From Promethearchaeota archaeon (GTDB lineage: Archaea; Asgardarchaeota; Lokiarchaeia; Sigyniarchaeales; SOKP01), in contig JAUVNS010000007.1 in assembly GCA_030599585.1 (NCBI GenBank), positions 192,001 to 256,000 on the forward strand: 64,000 bases of DNA, written 5' to 3'. The notes under the pieces were generated by a model, which saw nothing but the letters and a program-made list of their open reading frames with translations, was not told the origin of the DNA and made no database searches. Each line of letters opens with the position of its first letter. Position 1 is the first letter of the stretch. The position numbers and the translations under genes were made by a program. This document shows positions 31,110 through 41,505 of this stretch, piece by piece.

Positions 31110-32822
31110 ATGCTCTATCCACAAAGAAATAGTAATCGTCATTTTATAGACCTATCTGGATTTTGGGATTTTCTATTAGACCACGATGATAAAGGGGTTG
31201 GAGAAAATTGGACCAAGGGTTTTGATAATGGATGTCCAATAGCTGTACCTGCCAGTTGGAACGATCAATTTGCTGACGACCGAGATTTTTTAGGACCTGC
31301 CTGGTATCAAATGAAATTTACAATACCTTTGGAATGGGATAAAAAGAAAATCTTGATAAGGTTTGGTTCGGTTAATTACCTTACTAATGTATGGTTAAAT
31401 GGAGAGGTGGTAGGACATCACGAAGGAGGGCATCTACCTTTTGAGTTTGAGATATCTGATAAGATCGTGCCCGAAGATAATTTACTCGTAGTTAGAGTAG
31501 ATGGAAGATTATCAGATAATCATGTGCCACCTCGGGGGCGTCCAATGAACAATCCGCATACAAATTTTGATTTTTATCCCTTTTGCGGAATTCATCGGCC
31601 AGTGTTGCTTTACGCTATTCCCAAAGAAGGATTAAGAGACATAACTGTTAAAACATCTATAAAAGATACCACGGGAATATTAGATGTTACAATAGAAACT
31701 ATTGGTTTAGATGATGTCCATATGAATCTTTCTCTAAAAGGATTTGGTTCAGAAATAACTAATACATCGAAAAATCAGCAAAATATTCAAAAAATAACTT
31801 TAGAAGTAAAACAAGCGAAGTTTTGGGATACGGAAACCCCTAATTTATACGATCTAACAGTTGACATCGTTAAAGAAAATGCTATAATCGATTCTTATTC
31901 GCTTAAAGTAGGAATTCGGACTATAGAAGTGAAAGGAGATAAGCTGTTATTAAATGGTAAACCCATTTATCTAACAGGATTTGGACGTCACGAGGATTTT
32001 CCAATTACGGGGAGAGGGTACGTTCCAGCAGTAATAGTCAAAGACTACTCTTTGATGAATTGGATCGGAGCTAATTCCTTTCGAACATCGCATTATCCAT
32101 ATTCAGAACAAATGATGGATTTAGCAGATCGCCTAGGTTTTTTAGTCATTAACGAAATTCCTGCGGTAGGTCTTACGTTTAGTAAAGATGTAATTGATAG
32201 AGAGCTCGAATTATGCGATCAATACATTGAAGAATTGATAAAGAGAGATAAAAACCATCCAAGCGTTATAATGTGGAGCTTGGCAAATGAACCTAAAAAT
32301 AGTTTGAAATCGGGTGTATTTTTTAGAACTTTATATGATAAAGCAAAAGATTTAGATGATACTCGACCCGTAACTGTAGTAAATATGATGGGTGTAAAAG
32401 AAAAAGCTTTTGAATTCTGCGATGTATTATGTATCAATCGATATTATGGATGGTATTTGCAACCTGGAAACCTAGATGAAGCTTGCGAACTCCTTTCAAA
32501 AGAAATGGATAAATTATACGAAAAACATCGTAAACCAATCATTCTTAGTGAATTTGGAGCAGATACAATTCCTGGGTGGCATTCTCAACCGCCCGAAATG
32601 TTTAGCGAAGAATACCAGACTGAATTCATAAAAAAATATATTGAAGTCTGTCGGAGTAAATCTTACGTGGTAGGGGAGCATGTATGGAATATGTGCGACT
32701 TTAAAACGTCTCAAGGAATTACTCGAATGGGATCGATAAATTATAAAGGCGTGTTTACTCGAGATAGAAGACCTAAAATGGCAGCACATATGTTGCGTAA
32801 CGTATGGAAGAAAAAAGACTAA
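31110..32822 (+). CDS. uidA: GH2 beta-glucuronidase
   Basis: LSGFWDF, GFGRHED, ANSFRTSHYPY, WSLANEP, SEFGADT and the N-x-K motif (NYKGVFTRDRRPK). Confidence 0.92.
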   Translation: MLYPQRNSNRHFIDLSGFWDFLLDHDDKGVGENWTKGFDNGCPIAVPASWNDQFADDRDFLGPAWYQMKFTIPLEWDKKKILIRFGSVNYLTNVWLNGEVVGHHEGGHLPFEFEISDKIVPEDNLLVVRVDGRLSDNHVPPRGRPMNNPHTNFDFYPFCGIHRPVLLYAIPKEGLRDITVKTSIKDTTGILDVTIETIGLDDVHMNLSLKGFGSEITNTSKNQQNIQKITLEVKQAKFWDTETPNLYDLTVDIVKENAIIDSYSLKVGIRTIEVKGDKLLLNGKPIYLTGFGRHEDFPITGRGYVPAVIVKDYSLMNWIGANSFRTSHYPYSEQMMDLADRLGFLVINEIPAVGLTFSKDVIDRELELCDQYIEELIKRDKNHPSVIMWSLANEPKNSLKSGVFFRTLYDKAKDLDDTRPVTVVNMMGVKEKAFEFCDVLCINRYYGWYLQPGNLDEACELLSKEMDKLYEKHRKPIILSEFGADTIPGWHSQPPEMFSEEYQTEFIKKYIEVCRSKSYVVGEHVWNMCDFKTSQGITRMGSINYKGVFTRDRRPKMAAHMLRNVWKKKD

Positions 32823-32846
32823 AAATTAAAAAGTTGTGGTGGAATA

Positions 32847-33362
32847 ATGAGAAAAGATTTAAAAGGATTAACCAAAGAAGAGCTTATGGACTACATCGAA
32901 GATTTAAGTAAGAATTGGCTCGCAATCGACGGAACTTGGTTTCAAGCTGTAGAAAAAGAATTTGGATTGGAGAAAGCTATTGAACTCGATGTAGCACAAT
33001 GGAAAAGATTTACTATAATTGAAGCAAAACGAATAATGAAACGGTTCAATATTCAAAAAAATGGAGGAATTTCAGCCTTAGTTAAGTCGCTAAATTATAG
33101 AGTTTACGCCAACATAAATGTACAAGAAACAGTTGAGATTTCTGATAATCGTTGTGTTTTTCGGATGAATGATTGTCGGGTACAATCTGCAAGAAAAAGA
33201 AGAAACCTTCCGGATTTCCCTTGTAAATCGGTAGGGATTGTTGAATACGAAGATTTCGCGAAGACCATAGATCCAAGAATAAAAACTAAGTGTATATGTT
33301 GCCCTCCTGATCAACATCCAGATAACTATTATTGCGCTTGGGAATTCACGATTGAAGAATGA
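32847..33362 (+). CDS. DUF6125-like Cys-rich hypothetical protein
   Basis: WLAIDGTWF, CRVQSARKR, FPCKSVG, CICCPPD..YCAWEF. Confidence 0.75.
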   Translation: MRKDLKGLTKEELMDYIEDLSKNWLAIDGTWFQAVEKEFGLEKAIELDVAQWKRFTIIEAKRIMKRFNIQKNGGISALVKSLNYRVYANINVQETVEISDNRCVFRMNDCRVQSARKRRNLPDFPCKSVGIVEYEDFAKTIDPRIKTKCICCPPDQHPDNYYCAWEFTIEE

Positions 33363-33461
33363 TGTCCAGAAAATAAAATTAATAATGGTTGTAGCGTGAT
33401 TAAAACTAATAAAAAAATAAATAAATAATAATTATTCAAAATAACAAAAAGCTGTATAATT

Positions 33462-34490
33462 ATGTTTGACAAATCGCATTGTAAAGATTGTAAAACAGTT
33501 GCTTGCATGATGAAGTGTCAATGGATCAATTTTGAGAGCATTGACGCAGCAAGGAAAGAAGTTGATAAATTGATTAATGAGGACGAAGATTGTAGGATAT
33601 TAAAGGAATGCATGCTATGTTTTTCCTGTGATGAGTATTGTACATATAATTCGCATCCTTTTGATTTAATCAATGAGCTTCAGGAAAAGTACAATTCTCA
33701 GAATATTTTACCTGCAATTGCACAAAATGCAATCAACACGTATAAAGCAAAGGGAGAATTTGTACCGCGCCCGATTGATCATGAAAAGCCCATTTTAAAT
33801 AAGTGTGCGTTCCCCAAAATGAATGCAAAAGAAATGAAAGGGCCGATGTTTGATGATCTACAATCAGTTGGTGGTTTACATTACTTTTGTCAATTAGTAT
33901 ATCAACACACGGTCACACCTTCCATTATCAAAGAAAGGGTACCAATAATTCTTGAAAACTTCAAAAAAGCTGGTGTTAAGAAGGATACCGAAGTTATCTG
34001 TTGGCATGACGAATGCTATGGACTGTATACTTCATATTGTCAAAGGAACAACATTGAGGTGCCTTTTAAACCCGTCCATATTTTTGAATATGTATATAAT
34101 TATCTTAAGGATCACGAATCTGAAATAACGAAACTTAACATGAAAGCTGCCTATCAACGTAACTGTTCCAATCGTTATGTAACTGAAACTGATAAAATTC
34201 TTGATGACATATGTGAACTCATCGGGGTAGAACGGGTTGCTAGGAAATACGATAGGGAAAATGGTTTATGCTGCGCTGCACCCTTTGCAATGAGGGGACA
34301 TAAAAATCTAGTTCGTAAAACTCAAAATAATAACGTTCAGGATATGGTAGATCATAGTGCTGAGGTTTGCATATTCAATTGCCCTATGTGCCTGGATACA
34401 TTAAAAAGGAAAGTAACTGCTAAAGGAATGAAATGTTACTTCATTAGCGACTTAGCACGACTGGCGTTAGGGGAAAAGTTGGAATATTAA
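33462..34490 (+). CDS. (Fe-S)-binding CCG-domain oxidoreductase, paralog 1
   Basis: CKDCKTVACMMKCQW, CMLCFSCDEYC, HDECY, YQRNCS, LCCAA, CPMC. Confidence 0.85.
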   Translation: MFDKSHCKDCKTVACMMKCQWINFESIDAARKEVDKLINEDEDCRILKECMLCFSCDEYCTYNSHPFDLINELQEKYNSQNILPAIAQNAINTYKAKGEFVPRPIDHEKPILNKCAFPKMNAKEMKGPMFDDLQSVGGLHYFCQLVYQHTVTPSIIKERVPIILENFKKAGVKKDTEVICWHDECYGLYTSYCQRNNIEVPFKPVHIFEYVYNYLKDHESEITKLNMKAAYQRNCSNRYVTETDKILDDICELIGVERVARKYDRENGLCCAAPFAMRGHKNLVRKTQNNNVQDMVDHSAEVCIFNCPMCLDTLKRKVTAKGMKCYFISDLARLALGEKLEY

Positions 34491-34584
34491 ATATTCCTGT
34501 TTTTTTTTATCTCATAATAATTATTATTAGTGTAGAGAGATTCATATACACAAATCAAATCAAATCATTAAAGGGTGATAGAAA

Positions 34585-35595
34585 ATTTTCGACGAATCTA
34601 ATTGTGATAAATGTGAAAATATAGATTGTTTGACTCGTTGTCAATGGATGGAATTTAGAGATGTTGAAGAAGCACGAGTAGAAAAAACTAAAATGATCAA
34701 CGGGGAGGAATCTCGAGTCTTGTCTGACTGTGTTACTTGTTTTGCTTGCGAGGAATATTGTCCTTATGAATCTCATCCCTTCGATCTAATAACAGAATTG
34801 CAAGAGAAATATAATTCGTTAAAAATCAACCCTGGTATTATTGAGAATACGGTAAATAGATTTGCTCCTCACGATCAACTGAGATTAAAAGAAATCGACC
34901 CTAATAAACCAGTGTTAAATAAGTGCGGATTGAGAAAAATAAATGCCAAAAATATGGAAGGGCAGCTGTTTGAAAATTTACAATATGTTAGTGGTCTTGA
35001 CTTTTTTTGCAACCTAATGTATCATCACTACGGAAGAGATTCGATTATCAAAGAAAGGGCTCCGATAATACTAGCAAATATCAAGGCTCAAGGTATTAAA
35101 GAGATGATTTGTTTTCACGACGAATGCTATGGATTCTATGCTTCTTTTTGTCCCAGAAATAATATTGAGCTTCCATCTGGCTTTAAACCTGTTCACATTT
35201 ACGAATATCTCTACAACTATTTAAAAGAACATAAATCGGCTGTTAAAAAACTAGGTATGAAAATAGCCTATCAAAGATCCTGCTCAAATCGTTTTCTCCC
35301 TGAAGTTGACGAATGGGTTGATAAGATTTGCGATTTAATAGGTGTTGAGAGGGTAGAGAGGGAATACGATCGAGAAAACGCCTTATGCTGTGGTGGAATC
35401 TTTGCGACTCTTGGTAAAAAATCTTTAGGTCGCAAAACTCAAAGCGATAACGTAAACGATATGATAAAACATGATGCTGAAGCGTGCGTTTATAATTGTT
35501 CTATGTGTATGGAAAGCTTAGGCTCTAAAGTTGGGCGAAAAGGATTAAAAAATTATATTCTCAGCGATCTTTGCCGATTGGCCCTCGGAGAATAA
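34585..35595 (+). CDS. (Fe-S)-binding CCG-domain oxidoreductase, paralog 2; probable ATT start
   Basis: Homology to paralog 1 extends upstream of the ORF-track start: (I)FDESNCDKCENIDCLTRCQW vs MFDKSHCKDCKTVACMMKCQW; in-frame TAG at 34579. Confidence 0.82.
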   Translation: MFDESNCDKCENIDCLTRCQWMEFRDVEEARVEKTKMINGEESRVLSDCVTCFACEEYCPYESHPFDLITELQEKYNSLKINPGIIENTVNRFAPHDQLRLKEIDPNKPVLNKCGLRKINAKNMEGQLFENLQYVSGLDFFCNLMYHHYGRDSIIKERAPIILANIKAQGIKEMICFHDECYGFYASFCPRNNIELPSGFKPVHIYEYLYNYLKEHKSAVKKLGMKIAYQRSCSNRFLPEVDEWVDKICDLIGVERVEREYDRENALCCGGIFATLGKKSLGRKTQSDNVNDMIKHDAEACVYNCSMCMESLGSKVGRKGLKNYILSDLCRLALGE

Positions 35596-35637
35596 ATTAA
35601 GCAACAAATAGACGATAACGAACAAATTATCGTACTC

Positions 35638-36861
35638 TTATATTTTATTTTCAAGGCCTTTTATAATTATTATATATTTGTCATGGAAATGTAAAGCACT
35701 TAATTCTTTAGGAGGTACCGCGTTTTTTGGGTCTTCTAAGGGAAAGGGTTGAATAAAATGTAAACCGTGATTATTTAATGCATATGTCCATTCTTTTGTG
35801 ACCCATTTTGATTGCTTTGCCTGAAGAGTCCAAAATAATAAAAGTACATCTGATTTTGAAATCTCATCATATATTCTCGATTCCCACTCTTCACCTGGTT
35901 GCATGGACAAACAATCTACAAACACTTTTACTTCTGGACGGCTTGCTTCAACTGCTTGAACTCTCTTCATCACTTCAATTCGATCCTCACTTGAATAAGA
36001 AGCAAAAAATTTATTAATTTTACGTGTTTTTTGCGTAACATCTCTTATTTCTGTCTTTGATGCTCCAATTTCTAAAATGAATTCAATATCAATTTTAATA
36101 AATCCATCAATAAAAATTTGTACTCTGCCTAGATGAGATCCAGAGGGTGTGTTTTTCGGTACTGAAACAGGAAAAGTTCCATTCGTTATTTTACCCATCC
36201 AAGTTATAGTCTCAATCTTTTTCAATGCTTCAAGTGGAGGAGGCAATGTTAATACAATATTAAAAACTTCCCCCATTTTAGCTGTTATTGGCCCCTTTAG
36301 CCCCTTTTCCTTATACTCTCCCTCCATGCGCGCCATTTTGCTCATATCTGTTTTCTGCTCTAATATATAAGCCCAAACATATAGAATGAAGGTAGTACCG
36401 GGAGATAACGACGTTGGGGTATAAACAGAAAAATATACATCAGATAAATCTCTTCTAATATCTCCAGTTATTGTTCCATGTTGTGAGATTTTATCAACTT
36501 GCTGCTCAAAGTCTTTAATTATTCCAATGTTTCCCGAGAATGCAATTTTAATTGGCTTTAACTTCTTTACAAATTCATCAATAATTTCTATCAATACTTT
36601 ACGAGTTCTATTAACATCATCATCCTTATCTACTAATCCAATACATAAGATATTATTTTTCGATACAAAAAGAATTTTCAAATTTTGTAGTATGATTATC
36701 TCAAGTTCTTCACTTTCCTTAAAAAATATAGTAAAAAATGTTTTAAGACTAGTTAAATACGATATTGCTTCGTCATCGAATTCTATTTTTCCGTATTCTC
36801 TTTGAAATAATAAGATACCCGAATTGTTGATTAGATAGATATTGTGAAGAATTTTTAACAC
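35638..36861 (-). CDS. Longin-like domain + beta-sandwich + TIR domain protein
   Basis: N-terminal HNIYLINNSGILLFQREY (longin beta1-beta2); C-terminal FASYSSED, VFVD, PGEEW, SDVLLLFWT, SKWVTKEW (TIR with conserved Glu). Confidence 0.82.
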   Translation of the reverse strand: MLKILHNIYLINNSGILLFQREYGKIEFDDEAISYLTSLKTFFTIFFKESEELEIIILQNLKILFVSKNNILCIGLVDKDDDVNRTRKVLIEIIDEFVKKLKPIKIAFSGNIGIIKDFEQQVDKISQHGTITGDIRRDLSDVYFSVYTPTSLSPGTTFILYVWAYILEQKTDMSKMARMEGEYKEKGLKGPITAKMGEVFNIVLTLPPPLEALKKIETITWMGKITNGTFPVSVPKNTPSGSHLGRVQIFIDGFIKIDIEFILEIGASKTEIRDVTQKTRKINKFFASYSSEDRIEVMKRVQAVEASRPEVKVFVDCLSMQPGEEWESRIYDEISKSDVLLLFWTLQAKQSKWVTKEWTYALNNHGLHFIQPFPLEDPKNAVPPKELSALHFHDKYIIIIKGLENKI

Positions 36862-36940
36862 CTTTATTTGGATTAAGTTACAAACTTATTGCTAAATATA
36901 TAATTGTTTACAAAATATAGTTTTCATTCTAATTACTGAT

Positions 36941-37108
36941 TTAGAAAGATTAACCAAAAAAGAGCAAAAATTCTCCACCGCCAATATATCTTCCGTATAG
37001 AATAATGTTGGAAATGTAAACCTGTTTATAGGAGAATATGAAAAAGCCAAGCATTATTTTGATAAAGCGTTAGAGGATTATCACGCCAATGGTGATATTA
37101 TAGATTAA
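36941..37108 (+). pseudogene. TPR-repeat gene remnant
   Basis: ..ANISSV*NNVGNVNLFIGEYEKAKHYFDKALEDY..* fits the TPR consensus; internal TAG at 36998; no start codon. Confidence 0.55.
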
Positions 37109-37245
37109 AAGACAGTAAAATTGCGGTATTTTAAAATAATTACTTTTTACTTTTTATCGGTTGTAAGTAGAGCGATTTAGAATTCAATCTTAATAATTTT
37201 TAAGCTAGCGAATATATCAAAATATATAGAAAAAAGAAATAATTA

Positions 37246-37677
37246 ATGAGAAATAATATGACAGAACAAGAAATTAGGACACAAATCTCAGAAAAGGAAG
37301 ATGAGATTACGAGAGTTGAAGAGGATGCCTCTAAAAAGGAAGCTTCTGCTGAGAAAGAAATTGAAGCTGATTTTGATGACAAGATTAAAGATACCAAATC
37401 TAAACTTGAAGTAGGAGAAGTAGATTTAAAAGAAGCCACAGAAAAATCTAAAGAATGGACAAAAAAAATGAACAAATTAACTGTGGAAGTATCTTCAAAT
37501 AAAAAGAAATATGATAATTTAGTTAAGGGAAAGGCTAAAGCTTTAAATAAGAAATTGGACAATATTCTCAAAGAGAAAAAGACAAAAATAAAATCGTACG
37601 AAACAGACATTAAAGCTTTAAGAAAAAAATTGGACAAATTAGAAGCAGAGGAATTAAAAAACCAAACAGTAGAATAA
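37246..37677 (+). CDS. Coiled-coil hypothetical protein (alternative start 37258)
   Basis: E/K-rich heptad pattern. Confidence 0.7.
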   Translation: MRNNMTEQEIRTQISEKEDEITRVEEDASKKEASAEKEIEADFDDKIKDTKSKLEVGEVDLKEATEKSKEWTKKMNKLTVEVSSNKKKYDNLVKGKAKALNKKLDNILKEKKTKIKSYETDIKALRKKLDKLEAEELKNQTVE

Positions 37678-38015
37678 GTTTTCTGTTTAACCTTTTATTT
37701 TAAATCGAGAATTAACCAGTCTTCAATTATTTATAGGTAATTTTTGACCCTTTTCATTGAGGAGATCCTTAGAAAAACCCGATTGGATTTTAATTTCGTC
37801 GTATAACCAAGTTAACAGCCTCATTTTAGCATTATAAATCTCGACTTCCTCTTCAAATATTTCCATTTTACCGAATTACTCATTATTTCTTAATCTTGAA
37901 GAGCCTTGCCTCACAAAAACATATTTAACATACTATTATCTACGTATTACTAAGAAGGAGATTAAGATTTGGTTGTAATTGTGGATAAAGAAAAAGTTGA
38001 AATTAATGTTCTTTT

Positions 38016-38429
38016 CTATTTTTTCTTATAATTTGCTTCGATTTTCTCTAAATCGTAGGCCACATTTTCTATGAGACCGCCTTCGATGACCTTATCTAAT
38101 CGGTCTATTAAATCCCTTGGAAAAAGATCAATTTTCGACACGCCATTCCTAAAATCTTTAAAATTTTTTGTAACTTCATATTCACTGGTACTTCTTTTCT
38201 CGTCAAACTCATCCATCACGGCTTTCGAAAATAAATCAATAATTTCGTTCATGATTTTTTGTTCAAAATCGTCAACTTCACTGTTAGCGTCCAGGATCAT
38301 ATGGTCGTATTTTCTGTTTAAACTTTGGATTTCCTCAGCTTTTTTTGCTTCAATCTCATCAATTTTAGGTTGTAACTCCAGTTTTTTAATTTCTAACTCT
38401 TTTAGTTTCGATTCTAATTGTTCGGTCAT
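38016..38429 (-). CDS. Coiled-coil hypothetical protein
   Basis: E/K-rich; GAGG RBS upstream. Confidence 0.7.
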   Translation of the reverse strand: MTEQLESKLKELEIKKLELQPKIDEIEAKKAEEIQSLNRKYDHMILDANSEVDDFEQKIMNEIIDLFSKAVMDEFDEKRSTSEYEVTKNFKDFRNGVSKIDLFPRDLIDRLDKVIEGGLIENVAYDLEKIEANYKKK

Positions 38430-38558
38430 TATATCCTCTAAATAAAGTTGATTGATTAAAAATTTTATTACCTCCCTTAATTTGATATTTGAACAAAGAT
38501 TAAATTATTAGAACAACTTCATCATAAAATAAATTCCATATTATAGTTTTGAAACTCT

Positions 38559-39467
38559 ATGCCTAAGAAAATCAACATCCCAGAACCAGAAGAAAATCTG
38601 AAAATTATCGATGTTCATTGTCATCTACCATTCCCTAGACCTAAAAAAAACGATAGGTTACCTTCTGATGAGCAGCAATATCGAGATTTCTTGAACAATG
38701 GAGGTGTGTACTTAGTAACCAGCTCAATCAACAATAATACTCTTGAATTAATCCTAAATTTTATTAAAGGAAAGGAAAAAATTGGTTTTACGATCGGCTG
38801 GGCCCCACAAACTGTCACATACACTGCTAAATCCCAATATGATAGAGATTGGAAAATTTGGGTTGAACATGTTCATAATTATAAAGAAAAGTTTCTGGCA
38901 ATCGGAGAAATTGGATTGGATTTTCATCACGCTAAGAATCTCGAAAAGCGAGAAAAACAAGTTACGGAACTAAAGAAAATATTCGAGTTAACAAAGAAGT
39001 TTAATAAACCCTATGTTCTTCACGTTAGAAACGCTGCTGAACACGAGTTTGATCGAGACCACCCTAAACATCGATATAATAATAGGGATGGAGCAACAAA
39101 AGAAATTCTCAATATAATCAAAGAATTCAATATAAACCCTCAACAAATTATGTGGCATTGTTTCTCAGGTCCAGGTGAATATGGAATAAGTTTGCCCAAA
39201 CAAGGCTACACCTTATCTGTTCCAAGTTCAGCTTATGGGATTAACAAATGGCGAAGAGTCACAAAACAATCTCCATTATCTGCTTTAGTTACGGAAACAG
39301 ATAGCTATTATCAGCATCCTTATCTAAGAGGACCTGTAAATGTACCTTTAAATGTAAAATACTCTATAGCAGCAATTGCTCATTCTCACAATATATCTCA
39401 ACAAGAAGTAAGTAGTAAAACTGCTGAGAATGCGATAAAATTCTTCAATTTAAAATTAGATCTCTAA
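38559..39467 (+). CDS. tatD: TatD-family metal-dependent hydrolase
   Basis: IDVHCHL, AIGEIGLDF, VLHVR, WHCFSG, VTETDS. Confidence 0.9.
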   Translation: MPKKINIPEPEENLKIIDVHCHLPFPRPKKNDRLPSDEQQYRDFLNNGGVYLVTSSINNNTLELILNFIKGKEKIGFTIGWAPQTVTYTAKSQYDRDWKIWVEHVHNYKEKFLAIGEIGLDFHHAKNLEKREKQVTELKKIFELTKKFNKPYVLHVRNAAEHEFDRDHPKHRYNNRDGATKEILNIIKEFNINPQQIMWHCFSGPGEYGISLPKQGYTLSVPSSAYGINKWRRVTKQSPLSALVTETDSYYQHPYLRGPVNVPLNVKYSIAAIAHSHNISQQEVSSKTAENAIKFFNLKLDL

Positions 39468-39697
39468 TTGCTTCTAATTCAAATCTAATTACTCCATGTA
39501 AAGTGATCAGTATTAATATCGAGGATACTTATCCTCTGGATAAATTACCATTTTGGGATGGAAATCTCTCTTTATTCGAAAAGCTTAGGAAGAAAATTGC
39601 TCTCTACTATAAGATGAGCATGCTATAGATTACCTTTCTTTAGCAAAATTCTAAAAACAATAATAATTTCTTATTTTTATACTAAATTTAGAGTCAA

Positions 39698-40225
39698 GTG
39701 GATAAATTGAAGATTTTAATTACTTTTTTTTCAAATACGGGAAATACCGAAAAAGTAGCAAGTAGCATGAAAGACGGCTTAACAGACCACGATGTGGACA
39801 TGATTGCTGTTAAAGATGTTGCCCCAAAAACATTGAACTCATACGATATCGTGTTTTTAGGCTCAGGAGTTTATGCCAGTAGAATTGATAAATCAGTCTT
39901 AACTCTGGTAAAAAAAGCAGTCCCTGATCTCCCTTCGAAACTTGTGTATTTTTGTACTCATGCGAGTTTAAAGCTATATCAAGAACCATTTAAACGAATC
40001 AATAATATTGCTAAAGAACATAATTGTGAAATTATTGGCAAATTCGATTGCGTTGGTGAGAATTTAGGCATTCCTTTAGAGACTCAGTTAGGGATGTTAG
40101 AAAAATTACCGGAAGATCAAAAAGAGAAAGCGATAAAAGATATGGAGAAAATGAAAGGTCGCCCTAATGAATTGGATCTCGAAAACGCTAAGAATTTTGC
40201 TACTTCTTTGATGAAAAACCTCTAA
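39698..40225 (+). CDS. Flavodoxin-like protein
   Basis: FSNTGNTEKVA, FLGSGVY, FCTH, GRPNELDL. Confidence 0.88.
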   Translation: MDKLKILITFFSNTGNTEKVASSMKDGLTDHDVDMIAVKDVAPKTLNSYDIVFLGSGVYASRIDKSVLTLVKKAVPDLPSKLVYFCTHASLKLYQEPFKRINNIAKEHNCEIIGKFDCVGENLGIPLETQLGMLEKLPEDQKEKAIKDMEKMKGRPNELDLENAKNFATSLMKNL

Positions 40226-40401
40226 ATTCATTTTTTTTAATAAGTTTTTATGAATAATTATCTTAAAATTCTATTTAAGACGCCAAATTTGCATTAAAGT
40301 TTTTAACATCAGAGATACTTATAAAAATCAGTCTAAATTTCATTTAAATATAATCCAAAAATTTTCATTGTAAAGCAATTAAAAAAAAAAAAAAAATAAT
40401 T

Positions 40402-41505
40402 GTGAAAAAAATGAGAAATTATAAAATTGCACTCATTATTTCAGTTGCTCTAATTGTTGGTGGTGGTTTAGGATTCTTTATCTACGGTTTCGTAGCTTCA
40501 GAGAGTATCGAAAACTCGTTTAATTTTACGTACGAGCCAAGTTCTCCCGATCCGATAGAAGAACTTACTTTCAATGTTGACATTGGAAAAATTCTCTTTG
40601 CGTATAATACTACTCCAATTACATCTTATGCTAAAATCGATGTAGACATAGAAGTTGCAGGTTTGTATATGGAAGGAAAGACCTATACGGATTTCTTTCA
40701 TCCAAGTACAGAATGGTGGGATAATACGACCGGTACCTTTAATCTTCAAGCTCTACCAGATGCCTGGTACAATCCATCGCATTGGTTTAAATCGTATAAC
40801 ATTACAATAGCTGTTACTTTAAGAACAGACGTAGTATACGAGCTCACCGCCTTAACTGCTGTAGGGTCTATTGAAATGCTAGTTTCCGATGATGTCATCC
40901 TAAATGGAACCTCATTAACTTCAAGCACGGGCTCAATCAAATTAACCACATTAGGGAACAACGAATTCCAAGGAAAAGTTAGACTTGAGAGTAGCACGGG
41001 TAGCGTAGAATCTTCTGCTGCTAAAACCAATTTTACTCGCGGTTTTCAAGCATTAACATCAACGGGCTCTTTATCGTTAAACTATACAAACTGTTTAATG
41101 GGGGATAACTTAATAGGCACAGTTTCCACGGGCAGTGTGACCTTTAAGAGTTACAATATGGTATACACGAAAGATATTAGTTTAAATTTAAAAACGTCGA
41201 CAGGTAGTATCGATGCGGAACTTTATCAGCATATATCTATGGGCGCAAATGTGTCCGGTAGTTGGGAAACTTCCACAGGAAGCGTTGATGTGCTTTATAG
41301 AGATAATTTAGTTAACACCAATGTTAGATTTGTTGGTTCAATCAGTACAGGATCAATTAATTACACGCCTCACGCAACTATGGAGATCACAGAACCAGGA
41401 AACAATTTTTACTCCACTTTAAACTACGGGGATGCGATTTACAGGTATGTATTTTCACTGGACACATCAACTGGTAGTATCAATGCTAATGCTCAAAGCG
41501 CTTAA
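40402..41505 (+). CDS. Membrane-anchored DUF4097/adhesin-like beta-repeat protein
   Basis: N-terminal TM helix followed by about 9 (S/T)STGS(I/V/L) repeats. Confidence 0.75.
   Translation: MKKMRNYKIALIISVALIVGGGLGFFIYGFVASESIENSFNFTYEPSSPDPIEELTFNVDIGKILFAYNTTPITSYAKIDVDIEVAGLYMEGKTYTDFFHPSTEWWDNTTGTFNLQALPDAWYNPSHWFKSYNITIAVTLRTDVVYELTALTAVGSIEMLVSDDVILNGTSLTSSTGSIKLTTLGNNEFQGKVRLESSTGSVESSAAKTNFTRGFQALTSTGSLSLNYTNCLMGDNLIGTVSTGSVTFKSYNMVYTKDISLNLKTSTGSIDAELYQHISMGANVSGSWETSTGSVDVLYRDNLVNTNVRFVGSISTGSINYTPHATMEITEPGNNFYSTLNYGDAIYRYVFSLDTSTGSINANAQSA

Noticed and set aside
36998-37000. Pyrrolysine readthrough of the TAG in the TPR fragment
   Set aside because: No start codon, the frame is short and closed on both sides, and no pyl genes are seen; decay is simpler
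37723-37866. 47-codon minus-strand ORF MEIFEEEVEIYNAK...
   Set aside because: No recognisable motif or paralog; cannot be distinguished from chance or decay
39503-39628. 41-codon GTG ORF containing the palindrome GAGGATA-CT-TATCCTC (39521-39536)
   Set aside because: No supporting homology; a single palindrome is insufficient
40381-40396. 16-nt poly-A tract before the adhesin-like gene as a phase-variation site
   Set aside because: A/T tracts are common in the intergenic DNA here; read-level length variation would be needed
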